Positions 59,612 to 64,000 of a stretch of 64,000 bases of DNA are shown piece by piece. The notes beneath the pieces were generated by a model, which ran no database searches, was not told the origin of the DNA, and worked only from the letters and a program-made list of their open reading frames with translations. The DNA lies in contig DASYKZ010000007.1 in assembly GCA_035994985.1 (NCBI GenBank), positions 15,601 to 79,600 of the forward strand, read 5' to 3'. Positions within the stretch are counted from its first letter, which is position 1; each line of letters opens with the position of its first letter. The position numbers were made by a program, and so were the translations under genes. This stretch comes from Minisyncoccota bacterium (GTDB lineage: Bacteria; Patescibacteriota; Minisyncoccia; Phycocordibacterales; UBA9973).

Positions 59612-60166
59612 TTATTTATTTTCCTTTTCAAGTATCATAAGTAAGTTTTTCATCGCAAGGCCGCGGTGGGAAATTTTATTTTTCTCTTCAGGCGAAAATT
59701 CTATCATCGGCTTGTCTGTGCCGTCGAGCTGGACAAAAATATCAAAATTAAAAGGCTTATCTTTTATTTCTTTGGGTTTTACCACCACGCCTGTTACCAG
59801 CCCTTTGGCGATTATCGGCTCTTTAATGCCGTCATATAAGCCGAGAAAGCAAGCCAGCTTGACCCGGCTGCCCACCAGTTTATTCCCCATTTCATATGAA
59901 GGGAGAATGGTTAAAAAATCTTTTATATACGGACCGGGCAAATCATGGAGTTTTTCAAAGTGAAGTGAAACATCATCCACCAAAACCGGGTTTTTGAATT
60001 TTTCAAAAGCTTTCTTGAGCTTGTATACCAGTATTTCTTCGGCACTGCCCTGAATCTCCGGCTCGTCGAAAACTTTTTGTTCACAATCAAAAAAGTCTTT
60101 TAGCCCCAGAGCCAATTGTTCAAACTTCATTGCATTGCCGGTAACGATAAAAAGCTTCGGTTTCAT
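59612..60166 (-). CDS. rdgB: Non-canonical purine NTP pyrophosphatase (Ham1/RdgB)
   Basis: TGN..K, EIQG, DDVSL, PGPYIK, KNKISHRG. Confidence 0.9.
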   Translation of the reverse strand: MKPKLFIVTGNAMKFEQLALGLKDFFDCEQKVFDEPEIQGSAEEILVYKLKKAFEKFKNPVLVDDVSLHFEKLHDLPGPYIKDFLTILPSYEMGNKLVGSRVKLACFLGLYDGIKEPIIAKGLVTGVVVKPKEIKDKPFNFDIFVQLDGTDKPMIEFSPEEKNKISHRGLAMKNLLMILEKENK

Positions 60167-62236
60167 TTATATATCAATCTCCGCGAGCTTGGCGTTTGAT
60201 TGGATGAAAGATTTGCGGGGCGGAACTTCGGAGCCCATAAGAATGTCGAATATTTTATTCGCTTCTTCCGCGTCGTCAATGTTGACCCTCTTTAGTACGC
60301 GGTTTGCCGGGTCCATCGTCGTCTCCCAGAGCTCTTCCGGGTTCATTTCTCCGAGACCTTTAAAGCGCTGGATGTGAATTTTTGTAGATTTAGCTTTTGT
60401 TTCCTCTTCTCCCTCGCTTTGCTCGGGACCTTCGGCTTCTGCCTCTTCTATTTCTACCACTTCGGCATTTTTACCGACTATTTTTAATTTCTCGTCGTCA
60501 GTGTACGCATAAGAAATTTTCTTGCCCTGCTTTATTTTATATAAAGGCGGCTGGGCTATATAAATATATCCGGCATCGATGACTTGCCTGAAATATCTGT
60601 AGAAAAGAGTGAGGAGAAGTGTGCGGATGTGAGAACCGTCCACATCGGCATCTGTCGCGATGATTATTTTATGATAGCGCATTTTAGACAAGTCAAACGT
60701 ATCGCCGATAGAAGTACCCATGGCGATGATGAGAGACTTCACTTCTTTGGAAGCCAGCATTTTGTCTATGCGGGCGCGTTCCACATTTAAAATTTTACCG
60801 CGGAGCGGCAATATAGCCTGTGTGCGGCGGTCGCGCCCCTGTTTGGCGCTGCCCCCCGCAGAGTCTCCCTCTACTATGAATATTTCCGAATCTTCGGCGT
60901 TCTTGCTCTGGCAATCTGCTAATTTCCCCGGCAAGGTCATGCCTTCCAGCGCCCCTTTTCGAAGCACAGAGTCTTTTGCTGCCTTGGCTGCTTTGCGGGC
61001 TTTCAGGGCCAAAATTGACTTGTTTATCATGACTTTAGCATCATCCGGATTCTCTTCGAGATACGCTGCAAAAGCCTCGCCAAAGACTGTCGCTGTCGCT
61101 CCCTGGGCTTCCATACTGCCGAGCTTGCCTTTGGTTTGTCCTTCAAATTGAATCTCTTGGAGCTTTACAGAAATAACGGCCGTCAAACCCTCGAGCACGT
61201 CGTCTCCGGTAAATCCGCCTTCGGACTCTTTCATCATTTCATTTTTCTTGCAGTATGTATTTAAAGTCCTCGTGAGCGCAGTCTTAAAACCTGTGACGTG
61301 CGTGCCTCCCTCCCGCGTGTAAATATTGTTCGCGAAAGGAATGATGCGGTCTACGATATCGTCCACATATTGAAGGGCAATTTCTACGCCGACGCCATCC
61401 AGTTCTTTTTCAACATAAAAAATATTCTTGTGTATGGGCTTCTGCAGCTTGTTGTAATATTTTACGAGAGACACGAGCCCGCCTTCAAAATAAAAAGATG
61501 TGGACGGAATCTCGAGCCCAAGCTCCCTAAAATAAAAAATGTTTGAGTCGTCTATTTTGCCTGTCTGCTCTCTTGCATCTAAAATTGAAATTCTTAATTT
61601 CTTTACCAAATACGCCTGCTGGCGGATATGGCTGACGACTGTATGTAAGTCAAATAAAATCGGGCCAAAAATTTCTTGGTCCGGCTCGAAAGTAATGATG
61701 GTGCCGTGCATTTTTGAAGCGCCCACTTTTTTGACGGCGGATTTTTTCTTGCCTTGGGAGTATTCCTGGATATATTTATTTCCATCTTTATGCACTTCGG
61801 CTTTGCAATATATGGAAAGGGCATTTACCACAGATGCGCCCACTCCGTGCAAGCCTCCGGAAACTTTATACCCTTCCCCGCCAAATTTCCCTCCGGCGTG
61901 CAAGGTCGTCATCACTGTCTCCAAGGCTGAAACTTTTGTTTTCTTGTGCATGTCTACCGGAATACCCCGGCCATTGTCGGCTACCCGAATGCGGTTGTTT
62001 GGCAAAAGGACTATCTCAATATCATCGCAAAAGCCGCCCATGGCTTCGTCCCTCGAGTTGTCGAAAATCTCCCAGACCAAGTGGTGAAGCCCTTCTGGGC
62101 CAGTGGTGCCGATATACATGCCAGGACGGCGGCGTACGGGCTCTAGACCCTCTAAAACGGATATATCCGAGGCATCATAATGATGCGCACCGGCAAGTTT
62201 TTTAGTGTCATTTTTCGCTGCTTTTTCTTTGGACAT
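60167..62236 (-). CDS. gyrB: DNA gyrase subunit B
   Basis: RRRPGMYIG, SGGLHGVG, EGDSAGG, PLRGKILN, DADVDG, RFKGLGEM. Confidence 0.96.
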   Translation of the reverse strand: MSKEKAAKNDTKKLAGAHHYDASDISVLEGLEPVRRRPGMYIGTTGPEGLHHLVWEIFDNSRDEAMGGFCDDIEIVLLPNNRIRVADNGRGIPVDMHKKTKVSALETVMTTLHAGGKFGGEGYKVSGGLHGVGASVVNALSIYCKAEVHKDGNKYIQEYSQGKKKSAVKKVGASKMHGTIITFEPDQEIFGPILFDLHTVVSHIRQQAYLVKKLRISILDAREQTGKIDDSNIFYFRELGLEIPSTSFYFEGGLVSLVKYYNKLQKPIHKNIFYVEKELDGVGVEIALQYVDDIVDRIIPFANNIYTREGGTHVTGFKTALTRTLNTYCKKNEMMKESEGGFTGDDVLEGLTAVISVKLQEIQFEGQTKGKLGSMEAQGATATVFGEAFAAYLEENPDDAKVMINKSILALKARKAAKAAKDSVLRKGALEGMTLPGKLADCQSKNAEDSEIFIVEGDSAGGSAKQGRDRRTQAILPLRGKILNVERARIDKMLASKEVKSLIIAMGTSIGDTFDLSKMRYHKIIIATDADVDGSHIRTLLLTLFYRYFRQVIDAGYIYIAQPPLYKIKQGKKISYAYTDDEKLKIVGKNAEVVEIEEAEAEGPEQSEGEEETKAKSTKIHIQRFKGLGEMNPEELWETTMDPANRVLKRVNIDDAEEANKIFDILMGSEVPPRKSFIQSNAKLAEIDI

Positions 62237-62375
62237 TAAGGGTATTTTAGCATAAATTTATAGTATTTGCCACTCAAAATTGAGCTTATTTTATATGACT
62301 TTAAGTAGAAAAAGGCCGTCGCAGTATGTCGCGAACAGCCCTTTATTTATTTTTGCCACGTTAGTGGCTTGATGT

Positions 62376-62540
62376 TTACGGAGGAGGTTTGGATAGTTTT
62401 GAGAGTCTAGTTGATGAGATGGTTCTATTTCTATCTCTTGAACGTTGCCGGCGCGCATTACGTTCTTTTGAAGATTCATATGTTGTAGACCGCCGACGCG
62501 GTCCAGATGGTTCGCTTTCGCCGAACATATTTTTATTCAT
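62376..62540 (-). CDS. Possible 54-aa Arg/Ser-rich small protein (or a structured RNA)
   Basis: Hand translation MNKNMFGESEPSGPRRRSTTYESSKERNARRQRSRDRNRTISSTRLSKLSKPPP*; followed by a terminator-like hairpin at about 62308-62345. Confidence 0.35.
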   Translation of the reverse strand: MNKNMFGESEPSGPRRRSTTYESSKERNARRQRSRDRNRTISSTRLSKLSKPPP

Positions 62541-62721
62541 TTTTCGCTTCTTTCTTCTTATTCCTATATTCGAATATAGGGGTAAAACTTAGTATTGGAT
62601 ACCAAGTATGCCGAGAACAAAGAGTTTTTACAAAGAAAAACTCAGGAAATAACTAACTATATATTTTTATAGCATATATTTAATAAATTTGAAAGCAAGT
62701 TGGGGGAAATTGCAATTTTGT

Positions 62722-64000
62722 CTACCTTACCTGCCAGTCGCTATTCTCTTTTATTTTATCTGTGATTTTATTCATCATTTCATTTATTTCCGCATCTGTG
62801 AGAGTCCTGTCGTAAGACTGAAAAACCAGCTTAAAAGCGTACGATGTTTTATCTTCCTTTGTAAACGAGTCAAACAAATCCGGCCCTTTTACTGCCAAAT
62901 CTCCCATGTTTTCTTTTATGATTTTTGCGATTTCATCGCTTTCAGTCCCTTTCGACACCCAGACAGCAATATCGCGCGCGATAAATGGGAACAGGGACCA
63001 CATTTGAAAAGCCGAGCCTGCATGCTTTTCCGAAGGAGTGGTTGAGCGAAGCTCATGTCCGAGCGACTGAGTAAAAGTATCAGGCTCGGCTGATTTACAA
63101 AATTCATCCAGCGTCATTTCTTTTACTTCCTTTTTATCTGCATATGCGACGTGCATTTCTTCCTGCGGACACCAGACCGTTCCTATTTCAAAAATTTTAA
63201 CTTCATCAATTCCAAGAATGGGAGAATTAATCTTGTTTAATTTAAAACTTTCCTTCAGTCCATCGCTTAGGTTTGTCCGTAAAAACTTTTTATCCGAAGC
63301 GCTTTGCATCACTTCCAGCTCGCCCTTGTTGCAAAAGGTGTAAGTCATCACTTCGCTGTACTCACTTGCCAGCAATTTATTCCGAGCAAAGGTTATTTTT
63401 TGATATGTTTCATTTACTTTTGGCTTGAAATTAATTTTGGGGATTACCCCTTTTACTCTGTCATAGCCGAGAATTCTGCCTATTTCTTCCGCCATGTCTT
63501 CCTCTATTTCCAGGTCAAGACGCATTGACGGCACGATGATTTCAAATATATCTCCATCGTTCTTGTACTCGATATTATATCTCTCCAGAATATTTCCTAC
63601 TTCAACCACAGAAATATCAAGCCCTAAAATTTTAGAAATTTTTTCAGCTGAAAAAGAAAGCTTCCTTTCCACTTGTTTTTGCGGATAGATATCCACGATC
63701 TCTTCAAAGGTCGCCTCTGGACACATTTCCGCAATGAGAGCTGAGAGCTCGAGCATGGCATACGGGGCGAGCTCGGGAGATAAATTATTTTCAAAGCGCT
63801 TTCGGGCATCGGTAAAAATATTAAGCGCCTGCCCGGTTTTTCTCGCAAATACAGGCTCGAAATTATCGGCCTCTAATATAAGGTCAGTGGTAGTGCTTGT
63901 GATTTCGGCGTGTTTGCCGCCCTTGATGCCTGTATCAAGTATATTCCCTGCTCCGTCGCAAATCGCCAGCATGCCGTCTTTTAACTCTTTTTCTTCTCCC
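62722..64000 (-). CDS. pheT: Phenylalanine--tRNA ligase beta subunit (5' end outside the window)
   Basis: TDARKRFE, RLDLEIEEDMAEEIGRILGY, RDIAV, FQSYDRTLTD; frame stays open to the window edge. Confidence 0.93.
   Translation of the reverse strand, partial: GEEKELKDGMLAICDGAGNILDTGIKGGKHAEITSTTTDLILEADNFEPVFARKTGQALNIFTDARKRFENNLSPELAPYAMLELSALIAEMCPEATFEEIVDIYPQKQVERKLSFSAEKISKILGLDISVVEVGNILERYNIEYKNDGDIFEIIVPSMRLDLEIEEDMAEEIGRILGYDRVKGVIPKINFKPKVNETYQKITFARNKLLASEYSEVMTYTFCNKGELEVMQSASDKKFLRTNLSDGLKESFKLNKINSPILGIDEVKIFEIGTVWCPQEEMHVAYADKKEVKEMTLDEFCKSAEPDTFTQSLGHELRSTTPSEKHAGSAFQMWSLFPFIARDIAVWVSKGTESDEIAKIIKENMGDLAVKGPDLFDSFTKEDKTSYAFKLVFQSYDRTLTDAEINEMMNKITDKIKENSDWQVR

Noticed and set aside
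1-64000. CRISPR array, rRNA or intact IS/prophage
   Set aside because: No regularly spaced direct repeats, rRNA sequence, transposase or phage structural genes were seen

Overview
A 64-kb piece of a reduced bacterial chromosome. Gene content and style point to Candidate Phyla Radiation/Patescibacteria (Parcubacteria, Nomurabacteria-like); this is an inference. From about 16.7 kb to 64 kb it is mostly core genome: tRNA-Ala, ino1, RNase P RNA, an arginine decarboxylase, a frameshifted tgt, mreBC, proS, rpsB-tsf, tRNA-Thr, rpoB-rpoC-dnaG-rpoD, pit, trmD, khpA, rpsP, rnr, smc, rnc, nusB, rpmF, thrS, rdgB, gyrB and a partial pheT. The left part is accessory. It holds a MarR/efflux cluster and a four-gene secreted locus built around a 1171-aa transglutaminase-like protein with a C-terminal RlpA/DPBB-like domain, organised like a polymorphic effector system. 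It also holds an AT-rich PIN/HEPN-like cassette and a serine-recombinase remnant at tRNA-Asn, preceded by about 530 nt of densely base-paired non-coding sequence with a terminator/antiterminator-like 5' switch (candidate large ncRNA). Other oddities: promoter- and terminator-bounded candidate small RNAs (one convergent on an NYN nuclease gene), in-frame palindromic insertions in tgt, pheT, mreC and rnpB, a hinge-less SMC with a Rad50-type zinc-hook motif, and NusB-Nudix and DacA-CapA fusions. All structures were paired by eye; no database searches were run.
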